Source: an uncultured Eubacteriales bacterium (GTDB taxonomy: Bacteria > Acidobacteriota > Aminicenantia > Aminicenantales > Saccharicenantaceae). Taken from it: a DNA stretch of 64,000 nt. Shown piece after piece: positions 30,801 to 39,619 of this stretch (within the stretch, counting starts at the first letter, position 1; each line of letters begins with the position of its first letter). Under the pieces are notes generated by a model. That model ran no database searches. It saw nothing but the letters and a program-made list of their open reading frames with translations, and was not told the DNA's origin. Made by a program: the position numbers and the translations under genes. Location of the stretch: NCBI GenBank assembly GCA_964422165.1, contig CAYQZX010000022.1:65002-129001 (forward strand), written 5' to 3'.

Positions 30801-31576
30801 AAGGGCCCGGGATTTCTCATCAGAAAAATTTTATCCTGGCTGGCCACCAGTATATCCAGGTCGCCATCTTTATCTATGTCAACTGTGTAAAGGTGGTTAG
30901 CGGCCCAGTTGCAATAAATTCCCTTATTCATGAAAATGTTGGTGAAATTAAGATTTCTGGGGTCTGTTCGGGGATAAAAAACCGGGTCGGTGGCCGATCC
31001 CTGATTTATATACATAACAGCCACAAAGTTAGAATAGCTGAAACTGTCGTTTCCGTTTTTATAGAAAAAGAAATCCAGCAAACCGTCTCCGTTATAATCA
31101 CCAACGGTGATGGCAGCCGGGCCACAGGTCAGCCCGGAGTCAAAGATTTTTGAATTGTCAACCTGGTAGATTATGCCATCATCATCCCTTCCATCACCAT
31201 TAACATCATTGTAAAAATTACGGATTAGCTTCAGACTGTAATTGGCTCCGCTGCTTATATCCAGCCCCACCAAATCTGGTTTACCGTCTCCGTCAAAATC
31301 GCCGGCATCGCAAACGTATATTCTGGCGCCCATCCCAGTAGGTACAGTTATATCAAAGTTGGCTCCCAATCGGTTGAGCTTTACCGGGCCAGGTGGCCAG
31401 TTGGCGGCCGTGGTGTTATCCACATCTTTGAAATCAATATTGTTAAAATTTTCTGTAAATCTGAAGGTTATTTCAATACACTGCTGAGGTTGAGGCTGCT
31501 GAGCGCTGAATTTCAGGGCGGCCAGAACGGTAGCTATAATCAGCAAGCTTATTAAAAAGCATTTTTTTCTTATCAT
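27815..31576 (-). CDS. pilY1: PilY1-like type IV pilus tip adhesin / biogenesis factor with an FG-GAP-repeat N-terminal half
   Basis: Signal peptide. At least six FG-GAP/integrin-like Ca-binding loops ([54 protein letters not shown]). The C-terminal beta-propeller carries the PilY1 signature [25 protein letters not shown]. It is the last gene of the minor-pilin operon. Confidence 0.7.
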   Translation of the reverse strand: [1253 protein letters not shown]

Positions 31577-31654
31577 TTCACTTCTCCTCTTCCCGATTCC
31601 TTCGGGATTTCAAATTGCTTTTTTTCTTTTAATCTCGTTGTTTTTTTAAGCAAT

Positions 31655-32338
31655 TTATAACTCCGGAGTTTCAACTTCTATTTCCAAACGACAGGTAGCC
31701 AGAATTCTATCGGTCAGCCTCGGACCAGACCTAACCACACCGATACAGACCATAAGGACATCTCTCGGATCCGAAGCCTGTCCGGTGCCGGCCTCATCAT
31801 CTATCAGGAAAACAGTGTATCGATAACGGAGGTCGAGGTTTCCGTTTCGGTCAAGGATGAATGGTTGCTCAAAAAAGACCACCTGTTGAGGATTATCAGC
31901 CAGACCGTCTCCGTCCTGGTCTAAAAGCCTTATAATCTGTTCATCGGTCAGGCGGCGGAAGTAAAGTGGATTGGGTGTTCTGGGGTCGTCATTTAAAAAT
32001 GGGATATCAATTCCTGTTGGCTGAGTCAGATAGTGATCTCCAAAATTAGCCCATTGTCCGCTGCCAAAGAAATCCTCAATGGTGGCCCGGGCTGCATCAA
32101 AGCCCGCCTCAGCGGCATTAAAGGCTTCTTCCTGGTAGCGCATGGTGGCTGAAACTTTTGGACCAGAGCTGGTTACGGTCAGCACAGCCACTCCTACCGT
32201 CATCATGAAAGCCAGGACCAGAATGACTACTACCAGGCCAGAACCTGCGGGCTTATTTTTATTTTTACCGTTACCTGTTTCTTTCATTTCCGGCTCTCCC
32301 AGAAAATTTTGCTGAAAAACATTATGGTTCATTTTCAT
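31655..32338 (-). CDS. pilX: PilX-like minor pilin / pilus assembly protein
   Basis: Single N-terminal TM helix (LVVVILVLAFMMTVGVAVL) after a basic leader, in the operon position between pilW and pilY1. Start overlaps the pilW stop by 4 bp. The start codon is uncertain. Confidence 0.55.
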   Translation of the reverse strand: MKMNHNVFQQNFLGEPEMKETGNGKNKNKPAGSGLVVVILVLAFMMTVGVAVLTVTSSGPKVSATMRYQEEAFNAAEAGFDAARATIEDFFGSGQWANFGDHYLTQPTGIDIPFLNDDPRTPNPLYFRRLTDEQIIRLLDQDGDGLADNPQQVVFFEQPFILDRNGNLDLRYRYTVFLIDDEAGTGQASDPRDVLMVCIGVVRSGPRLTDRILATCRLEIEVETPEL

Positions 32339-33495
32339 CTCTGCCCGGTATTATAAATATTCAGATTAAGATTCCTGATGTTAACCGTAGTCTCCAGGAC
32401 AAAGCGGCGGTGGTAATCATCAGCTGTAGCCCCAGGAGAATCAGATACAGCTGGCCTTCGGTAGTTATGGATGTTGGCGGGCACTCTGCCTGAGACCGAG
32501 ACAAAACGATTGGGAGTGCGGCCGACCAAAATTATTCTTATCTGGCGAATTCGCGAAACTTCATCATCTGTCCAATCCGACCGCCAGGGCCTGAAACCAT
32601 CAAGTTCCCCATTGTCGTTAAAATCTCCGTTGTATTCAAACTGCAGGTTTTCAATGTTTTGAGCCAGGGGTAGATGAATGCCATTATTGGTACAGTAGAG
32701 TATGCCTGGTTCTCCCACGTATCCATTCTGCCCCGGAGTTAGTCCGGAATATTGACCGGTAACATCAAGCCAGAATTCTTTGACATTGGGAAACATTATG
32801 TATCCCCCGTCATAATTGTTAGGATCACATTCAGTGCCTGCGGTTAATCCACGGGGCGGATTGAGGTCTGGAGCCTGTCCGGGTGGGAAATTCATTTTGC
32901 TTGATGAAAATTCAACATTATGGATGTATCTAGTAACGGCTGTTCGGCACGGTGATTGAGGATTGGGAAAAATAATCACCACTCTTCTTTCGTAAAATGC
33001 TTCAGGGTAGGGATAGGAGGCAAAAGCTCCGGCTTCAATTTCAACCACAGCGGCTGCTCCCTGATAATTTTCTATTCTTAAAACCAGAGGGTCATCAATA
33101 TTTCCCAGAATTCTCAACCGGTCTGGTTCGACTTCTCCTCCCTGATTTTCATTATTCCATCCTTCCAGGAAAAACATTTCAAATCCGGCGGGCATACCCA
33201 CACCAGTCATCCTGATGTCCCTGGTCATCAGGAAAAGGGCGGAGCGGACATCGTGCTGAAGCTCGGCGTACTGCTGCTGGTCTACTGAGATCTGGTTGCT
33301 TCGAGAATAAAGCGCCATAGCTCCAATTATTACTACTAACATAATGGCCGACGCTACCAGGACTTCAATCAGGGTGAAACCCGGTGTTTTTTGCTTTTTG
33401 GTATTCATTTTTTTATTCTTGAAAAATTTTTTTCTGATATAAATCACAGTTTTCTCCGTCTCTCTTTTATAAAAATCAGGAAAAGTCCTGTTCAT
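32335..33495 (-). CDS. pilW: PilW-like minor type IV pilin
   Basis: Prepilin motif KTPG|FTLIEVLVA followed by a hydrophobic helix; 386 aa. The start at 33495 has an AGGAGA RBS, but an internal Met at 33408 would give a conventional 9-aa leader. Confidence 0.6.
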   Translation of the reverse strand: MNRTFPDFYKRETEKTVIYIRKKFFKNKKMNTKKQKTPGFTLIEVLVASAIMLVVIIGAMALYSRSNQISVDQQQYAELQHDVRSALFLMTRDIRMTGVGMPAGFEMFFLEGWNNENQGGEVEPDRLRILGNIDDPLVLRIENYQGAAAVVEIEAGAFASYPYPEAFYERRVVIIFPNPQSPCRTAVTRYIHNVEFSSSKMNFPPGQAPDLNPPRGLTAGTECDPNNYDGGYIMFPNVKEFWLDVTGQYSGLTPGQNGYVGEPGILYCTNNGIHLPLAQNIENLQFEYNGDFNDNGELDGFRPWRSDWTDDEVSRIRQIRIILVGRTPNRFVSVSGRVPANIHNYRRPAVSDSPGATADDYHRRFVLETTVNIRNLNLNIYNTGQR

Positions 33496-33504
33496 TTTTT
33501 TCTC

Positions 33505-33990
33505 CTATCTGCTGATAATGGTATGAATCTGAGCCCGGGCCCGGTAGCGGTCAGGATTAGCAATTAGCTGGGCGGCGGCAACGTTTTGAGCAGAAATGGG
33601 AAAAACCAGAACCTGAACATCAAAACCGACCGTACCAATGGCTAATGAAGAATTTATAGTTGTAATTCTCCTGAAATCCAGGGTCCCATCCCCATTAATA
33701 TCTATCAGCTCATCTGCAGGCCGATTAGTTAAGGCTGTGAGCTCATCTGAGGTCAGAGTTCTCAGAAAGTCAATCTGCTGCTGGGCCAGAAAAATAGCGT
33801 TACTCATCTCATTGGATCGGAGATTTTGCATCACTGCCAGGGTGAAAAGCTGGGCTAAACTTACAAAAACTACTGTTACCAGAGCTAGGCTGATGATGGT
33901 TTCTATAAGGGTAAAACCCTCTTTTTTTGGTTTATTAAAGCAGCTTTTAACCTTTTTACTCTTTCTTATTATTTGAATGATTGATTTCAT
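33505..33990 (-). CDS. pilV: PilV-like minor type IV pilin
   Basis: KEG|FTLIETIISL prepilin cleavage/methylation motif, a hydrophobic N-terminal helix, and the size and operon position typical of PilV. Confidence 0.6.
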   Translation of the reverse strand: MKSIIQIIRKSKKVKSCFNKPKKEGFTLIETIISLALVTVVFVSLAQLFTLAVMQNLRSNEMSNAIFLAQQQIDFLRTLTSDELTALTNRPADELIDINGDGTLDFRRITTINSSLAIGTVGFDVQVLVFPISAQNVAAAQLIANPDRYRARAQIHTIISR

Positions 33991-34010
33991 GCTTTCTTAC
34001 CCCTTCTCCC

Positions 34011-34541
34011 TTAACTTCTTGCTTTGCGGTAGCCAATTGAACCACCAGCGTAAATGGTTATAATCCTTTGGTCCTCCTGAGCTAAATTTTTTAATTTTTG
34101 ACTCTGGAGGACAATTCGAAAATTCTGGGGGGTAGTAAAGCTGTAGTTAGCTACCATTCCGAGTGGAGAAAAAACGATAGTCCTGTCGACAACATTTTCC
34201 AGGATTACAGGATTAAATTTTCTGGGGATGGTTTTCTGGATGAATTTTGGTACCGGCTTCCAGGCAAAAGTGGGAGTATTCCCGGTTAATTCTCCTTCTT
34301 CTACCTCGATGAGATAACGCCAGTCATTGTTTTCCTGGAAAAACCGCACCCGGCAGTGGACTTTTTCGTTCACTGCAATGTAGCGGGCAGCTTCTAAGGT
34401 AGTGAGCAGCTCCCGTGCGGCACTGTCCAGAGACCTGTTTTCGAGAATGTTTAAGATGCTGGGGTAGGAAGCAGCCAGAATGATTCCAATTATCCCCAGA
34501 ACAACGATGATTTCAATAAGAGTAAACCCTTCTTTTTTCAT
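34011..34541 (-). CDS. fimU: FimU/FimT/GspH-like type IV minor pilin, first gene of the operon
   Basis: MKKEG|FTLIEIIVVLGIIGIILA is a textbook class III signal peptide with a 5-aa leader, Gly-1, Phe+1 and Glu+5. Confidence 0.7.
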   Translation of the reverse strand: MKKEGFTLIEIIVVLGIIGIILAASYPSILNILENRSLDSAARELLTTLEAARYIAVNEKVHCRVRFFQENNDWRYLIEVEEGELTGNTPTFAWKPVPKFIQKTIPRKFNPVILENVVDRTIVFSPLGMVANYSFTTPQNFRIVLQSQKLKNLAQEDQRIITIYAGGSIGYRKARS

Positions 34542-34974
34542 GCAATTATTCCTGCTGGTTCATTCTTTGGCTTAATTTTACCTTAGTTACAGAAAAAAAA
34601 GCAATAAAATGGGCAAAAATAACATTGAGAAAAAATTGTTCTCCGGAAAGGAAGCCGGAGGTGGGGTGGTAATCTCGGCCTGGATTAAAAGCCAGAAAGC
34701 CGGAAAAGAAATTCCTGCTGCCCAAAGAGATTTCGCCTCCTAAGAAAACCTAAATCAGGGATTATTTTATGGCAATAATCTCCAAGGGTGAATTGAGGGG
34801 TGATTCTGGACTGGTCAGGGCGCTATTTGTGGCTGGATTAGAAAACTATCAGCACAACCATTCAAAGGCTGATTATCTATTCAATAATTAATTTCTTACT
34901 CCACTTTACAAAAGCCTGGCCTTCTGGCCTTTATCATAATTCCTGTTTTAGCAAGAATGCAGGTGTAGGCAATT

Positions 34975-35027
34975 ATTAAAATAAATAAAAGAGAAGCAGA
35001 CAACCCCTAATAAACTTTCTGCTTCTT
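34975..35027 (-). terminator. Rho-independent terminator candidate downstream of the DPP4-like gene
   Basis: On the minus strand, a GAAGCAGA(A)...loop...TCTGCTTC 8-9 bp inverted repeat (34992-35026) is followed by a T-rich run (TTTTATTTATTTTAAT, 34975-34990). Confidence 0.5.
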
Positions 35028-35046
35028 CCAATTATGTCCAGATTTT

Positions 35047-37164
35047 TTACCTATTGAGAATCAGGTTCTCAATGAAGAATTCCATCATTCGGTCCAATCT
35101 GAGGCTGGTGTGTCCCAGGTCCGGACCAACCTGAACTTCAAAGCTCTTATTAGCTCTCTGCAGAGCCTGGATGAGCTGCATAGCGTTGTTGGGATGGACA
35201 TTATTATCAGCAGTCCCGTAGTAAATCATCAGCCGGCCTTTAAGGTTGTTAATATAATTCATGGCATTGCCGTTTTTGTATCCTTCCTTGTTCTCCTGAG
35301 GAATCCACATATAGCGTTCGGTGTAAATAGTGTCGTAGTGCTCCCAGGCGGTCACAGGAGAGGAGGCACAGGCGGCGGCAAAAACATCAGGGTATCTGAG
35401 TAGAGCCATGATGGAAGCATAACCTCCGTAAGAGGTACCAAAGATACCCACTCTGGAGCCGTCTACATAGGGCCTCTGGCTTAAAGCCTTAACTCCAGTT
35501 GCCTGGTCGTCTATTTCTACTACCCCGAGTTTCTGGTAGATAGCGTCCAGAAAGCGCTTGCCCCGGCCTCCAGCGCTTCTGGAGTCAAGGGAAGCTACCA
35601 GAAACCCAAATTCGGTTATCGGGTTTGGAGTGATGAAGGTTTCTCTGGCGCCGTTGGTACCCGGCCCAGCATAGACGCTGACCAGTAGCGGGTATTTTTT
35701 GCTCGGGTCAAAATTAGAAGGAAACTGGAGAAGACCGTAAAGCTCGGTCTGACCATCGGCTGCCTTAAATGTAAAAAGTTCGGCTTTCTTCAGCCCCAGA
35801 GCTTCAAATTTGCTCAGGTCTGACCTGGCCAGCTCAGCTACCAGGCGGCCATCAGTGGTATAAACTCTGGTAAAAGGTGGCAGGTTGTGAGTTTGAGCCA
35901 CCGTTACAAAATGCTTAAAATCGGGGGATAAATCTATCTGATGGTTATAAGTTGGGTCAGTCAAACGGCGGTCGTTTTTTCCGCTCAGGGCGACCCGGTG
36001 AAGTTGAACTTTCATGTGATTGTCGCCGCTTCTGGCAGTGTAGTAAACCTGGCCAGCAGCTTCGTCCACTCCAATGACATTAACCACGTCAAATTGATGT
36101 CTGGTCAGAGTAGCCAGGAGTTTTCCGCTTAAATCATAGAGATAAAGGTTTTTAAAACCGGTTCTTTCGGAAACCAGAATGAATCTCTTTCCGTCTTTAA
36201 GCCAGGTGATGGCTGGCGAATTTTCTGTCCAGGAAGGAGGCCATTCTTCTCGCACCACCAATCTTGTTTTTCCTGTTTCCGGGTCGGCAGCAACCAGCTC
36301 AGTTATATTCTGGCGGCGGTTAGCTCGGAAGAAAAGAATCTCACGCCCGTCTTTTGTCCAGTTGATGCCGTAGACATAGTGGCCCACCACCTCATCAGAA
36401 AAAGGTTGACCGTCACGAACGTCAATAATTGTCATCTTCTTGGTTTTGAGGTTATACACCAGAACATCTACCACAGGATTGGGTTCACCGGCCTTGGGGT
36501 AAGGCTCAATGTCCATTTTGCTGTAGAGCTTTGTCTGGTCTAACTGAAGAAAATAGTCGGGCACTTTTTTTTCGTCAAATCTGTAGAAAGCCAGCTTCTG
36601 GCTATCTGGTGACCACCACATAGAAGTAATCTGGTCGAGCTCCTCACCATAAACCCAGGAAGCTGTTCCGTATTTTATTCGGTTTTTATCCGAACCGTCG
36701 GTGGTGATGGCAGTCTCAGTTTGAGTGGCCACATCCACCAGGTAAACATTCCGGTCCTTGTAGATGGCTTTGAATTTTTTATCGGGAGATTCGTAGGTAG
36801 TAAACTGGCGTCCCCTTTCTGGCATTCCTGCCCGACGCCCAAAGGGTCCGGGCGGCTGTTCCTGAGATTTTCCTATTTCGGTGAGTTTTTTGGTTTTCAG
36901 CTCAAAACGCCATTGTTTTCCATCCCTGACAAATTCAAGGGCCTGGCCGTTATCCTTCCAGGTAACCCTGAGCGCTCCAGATTTAACGGCTTCCCTTATT
37001 TCTCTGGAAATTCTTTCGTAACGGTCATAGTTCGGATAGGTTTTGAGTCGGTCCTGGGGAAAAAGGGAAGATGACAGAATTGTTAGCTGGAGAATTAATG
37101 CTGTAATGAGAAAAAAGAAGGCTTTGCTGGCTGTCAGCAGCCGGGATTCGTTTTTGTGGTTCAT
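35047..37164 (-). CDS. Dipeptidyl-peptidase IV-like serine peptidase (S9B family), secreted
   Basis: N-terminal signal/anchor, DPP4-type beta-propeller, and a C-terminal alpha/beta hydrolase with GTSYGGY nucleophile elbow and Asp/His (YGTADNNVH, LGHT). I chose the start at Met 37164 after a GGAGGT RBS. Confidence 0.8.
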   Translation of the reverse strand: MNHKNESRLLTASKAFFFLITALILQLTILSSSLFPQDRLKTYPNYDRYERISREIREAVKSGALRVTWKDNGQALEFVRDGKQWRFELKTKKLTEIGKSQEQPPGPFGRRAGMPERGRQFTTYESPDKKFKAIYKDRNVYLVDVATQTETAITTDGSDKNRIKYGTASWVYGEELDQITSMWWSPDSQKLAFYRFDEKKVPDYFLQLDQTKLYSKMDIEPYPKAGEPNPVVDVLVYNLKTKKMTIIDVRDGQPFSDEVVGHYVYGINWTKDGREILFFRANRRQNITELVAADPETGKTRLVVREEWPPSWTENSPAITWLKDGKRFILVSERTGFKNLYLYDLSGKLLATLTRHQFDVVNVIGVDEAAGQVYYTARSGDNHMKVQLHRVALSGKNDRRLTDPTYNHQIDLSPDFKHFVTVAQTHNLPPFTRVYTTDGRLVAELARSDLSKFEALGLKKAELFTFKAADGQTELYGLLQFPSNFDPSKKYPLLVSVYAGPGTNGARETFITPNPITEFGFLVASLDSRSAGGRGKRFLDAIYQKLGVVEIDDQATGVKALSQRPYVDGSRVGIFGTSYGGYASIMALLRYPDVFAAACASSPVTAWEHYDTIYTERYMWIPQENKEGYKNGNAMNYINNLKGRLMIYYGTADNNVHPNNAMQLIQALQRANKSFEVQVGPDLGHTSLRLDRMMEFFIENLILNR

Positions 37165-37354
37165 GTTACCTCCAGGCTTAAAAGTTTCACTAAAATTAGA
37201 TGAAATTATACTCATCAGCCCCAAAAAAATCAGCAAAAAATTAAATCCGTAGATCAGTATAAAAAAGGAGAAAACCAAATTTATCCAGGAAAAAGAGCCA
37301 GCTCCGGTCAGTTGACAACTGGCTGTCCTTAAATTAAACTTAAAAAGAATTTCT

Positions 37355-37427
37355 GGCCCGTTAGCTCAACAGGTAGAGCAGCGGACTCTTAATCCGCGGG
37401 TTGAAGGTTCGAGTCCTTCACGGGTCA
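37355..37427 (+). tRNA. tRNA-Lys (anticodon CTT)
   Basis: Hand fold: acceptor GGCCCGU/ACGGGUC, D-arm GCUC-AACAGGUA-GAGC, anticodon stem GCGGA/UCCGC with loop CUCUUAA, T-arm GAAGG-UUCGAGU-CCUUC, discriminator A. Confidence 0.85.
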
Positions 37428-37447
37428 TTTCCCTCCTGGAGGTTTAA

Positions 37448-37822
37448 GTGCGGGGGAGAGGCGCTCTGGTAATCCTTATTCTGGCTCTGGTTGTAATTTA
37501 TTTTTTCTATTATATGAAAACGGATAAGAAAGCCCCGGTGGAAGAGCAGGTTTCCCGGTTCAACCAGACCCGGGCCGAGCTGACTGCGGTCAACCTGGAA
37601 CAGGTGGCCCGGGCCGTTCAGGAATGGATGGCTGACCATGAGGGCCGGGCTCCGGAATCACTCCGTGAACTTCAGGGCGGACGAAGTTACGGACTCAGTC
37701 TGTCTGATGGCTGGGGCCGAAACATCAGGTATCAGAAACTCTCAGAGTCAGAGTTTGAGCTGCGCTCAGCCGGTGAAGACGGGCAATTTGAGACTGAGGA
37801 CGATATTATCCGGATCTATTAA
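37448..37822 (+). CDS. T2SS-GspG-like C-terminal domain protein with an N-terminal TM helix and no prepilin cleavage motif
   Basis: C-terminal DGWGRNIRY......ELRSAGEDGQFETEDDII matches the pseudopilin G conserved core (DPWG..Y.Y......F.L.S.G.DG..G...DDI). The N-terminus is a plain TM helix (ALVILILALVVIYFFYY) lacking G|FTLIE. Confidence 0.5.
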   Translation: MRGRGALVILILALVVIYFFYYMKTDKKAPVEEQVSRFNQTRAELTAVNLEQVARAVQEWMADHEGRAPESLRELQGGRSYGLSLSDGWGRNIRYQKLSESEFELRSAGEDGQFETEDDIIRIY

Positions 37823-37858
37823 ACCCTTCTCAAAAATTTTAAATTCCCCGGTTTTTAT

Positions 37859-37885
37859 CCAGACCTGAATATGGATCTGGTTTTA
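37859..37885 (+). terminator. Possible intrinsic terminator after the GspG-like gene
   Basis: CCAGACC-tgaatat-GGATCTGG imperfect hairpin followed by TTTTA. Confidence 0.35.
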
Positions 37886-38000
37886 AAAATTAAACCAGAA
37901 GCATTACGAGTGGGTTGCAAGCCGTCCTCAAAACGCTCCAGGTCAAGATTGGCTCGGAAATAGATTGGGGATTTGGTTGAATTTCGGACTGATACTATTT

Positions 38001-39371
38001 TCAGAGTTCCGGGTGCCTGGCCTTCATTTCTTTCAGTCGTTTGGCCAGAACGCCTGACAGCAACAGCAGTCCTATAAGATTGGGGAAAGCCATGAAAGCA
38101 TTGGCGATATCTCCCATGAAAAAGACAATCTCAATCGAGACCACCGCTCCGATAAAGGTCAGAGCAATGAAGACCAGGCGGTAGGGCATAGCTATCTTAA
38201 TGCCGAACAGATACTTTAAGCACTGTTCTCCGTAGTAGCACCAGCCGATAAGGGTGGTGTAGCCGAAAAAGAAAGAGCAGACTGAGACAATTAAGCCGCC
38301 GACATGGGGCAGGGTCCTGGAAAAGGCGGTTACGGTCATGGCCGAACCAGAAACCCCGCTGGTCCAGACTCCAGACGACAGGTTGATAAGGGCGGTAAAG
38401 GTGCAAACCAGGATGGTGTCGATGAAGACTTCCATCACGCCGATGAGACCCTGGTGGAGGGGGCTGGGAGTCTGAGCCGCAGCATGAGCAATGGGGGCGC
38501 TGCCCAGTCCGGCTTCGTTGGACAGGATGCCGCGCCTGGCCCCGAACTGGATGGCATTTTTAATGGTGGCTCCGAGAAAGCCGCCCATAGCCGCAGCTGG
38601 AGTAAAGGCATATTCAAAAATCAGGAAAAAGGCTTTAGGCAGAGCCCCTATATTATCGATGAGAACTATAATTCCGGCTCCGAGATAAAGAACAATCATA
38701 GCCGGAACCAGCCTTTCGGCTACCGCCCCTATTCTTTTGATCCCGCCAATTATCACCAGTCCAACAAAAAAGGTTATTATCGAGCCAGTAATAGCCGGCG
38801 GAATACCGAATTGAGTCTTAAAGGCCAGGGACATCTGATTGCTCTGCATCATATTTCCGGTGCCGAAGAGTGAAGCAAAAGCCCCGCAAACAGCAAAGAA
38901 TCCGGCCAGGAAAATAGCAAATCTGGTCCTGTTTAGACCGTTTTTTATGTAGTACATTGGCCCGCCGGCGATGGTGCCATCAGGATGTTTTTCCCGGTAA
39001 AGGACCCCGAGGAAAGCTTCAGAAAATTTGGTAGCCATGCCCAGGAAGCCGCAGACCCACATCCAGAAAATGGCTCCCGGCCCACCCCAGTAAAGGGCAG
39101 TGGCTACTCCAGCAATGTTTCCATTCCCTACAGTAGCAGCCAGAGCAGTGGAGACCGCGGCAAATGGAGAAACATCACCTTCACCACCACCTTTTCTGGA
39201 ACGTCGGCTAAACATCACCTTAAAAGAAGTACCAAGCCTGGTGAACTGAAGGAAGCCGATTCTTATGGTCAGCAGAAGACCAACGCCAAACAGGATGGGA
39301 ACCATGATGGTCCAGATATTGGAAGCAGTTTTGTCCAGGAAGGAAGCCAGGCTTTCCAGAAATTTTTCCAT
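38001..39371 (-). CDS. Alanine/glycine:cation symporter (AGCS family)
   Basis: The N-terminal PILFGVGLLLT...GEGDVSPFAAVSTALAATVGNGNIAGVATA is the AGCS hallmark; 456 aa; about 11 TM helices. Confidence 0.8.
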   Translation of the reverse strand: MEKFLESLASFLDKTASNIWTIMVPILFGVGLLLTIRIGFLQFTRLGTSFKVMFSRRSRKGGGEGDVSPFAAVSTALAATVGNGNIAGVATALYWGGPGAIFWMWVCGFLGMATKFSEAFLGVLYREKHPDGTIAGGPMYYIKNGLNRTRFAIFLAGFFAVCGAFASLFGTGNMMQSNQMSLAFKTQFGIPPAITGSIITFFVGLVIIGGIKRIGAVAERLVPAMIVLYLGAGIIVLIDNIGALPKAFFLIFEYAFTPAAAMGGFLGATIKNAIQFGARRGILSNEAGLGSAPIAHAAAQTPSPLHQGLIGVMEVFIDTILVCTFTALINLSSGVWTSGVSGSAMTVTAFSRTLPHVGGLIVSVCSFFFGYTTLIGWCYYGEQCLKYLFGIKIAMPYRLVFIALTFIGAVVSIEIVFFMGDIANAFMAFPNLIGLLLLSGVLAKRLKEMKARHPEL

Positions 39372-39619
39372 GTTTTGAGCTCCTAAGTTTTATTCTGAAG
39401 ATGAATTATCCAGTGCTTCTCCAGTCAAACAGTAAGAAAAATTGTTTAACACAGGCTAACCTCAGGAGTCAATTGAAAATTTTAGGGCTTTTTTCAAGCG
39501 GATGCGGTCAATTGTAAATAAGACTGGCTGCCTGTATGGGTTGCCCTTGATATTCCATTCGGATTTTGCTATCCTTTAAGCCTGTTTCTATTTAGCTTCT
39601 TAGAAGGAGATAATCACCT

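Noticed and set aside
38304-38873. 189-aa + strand ORF inside the AGCS symporter gene, with smaller ones at 38435-38688
   Set aside because: It is antisense to a confidently identified transporter. The Gly/Arg/Ala-rich composition is characteristic of the reverse frame of a GC-rich membrane-protein gene.
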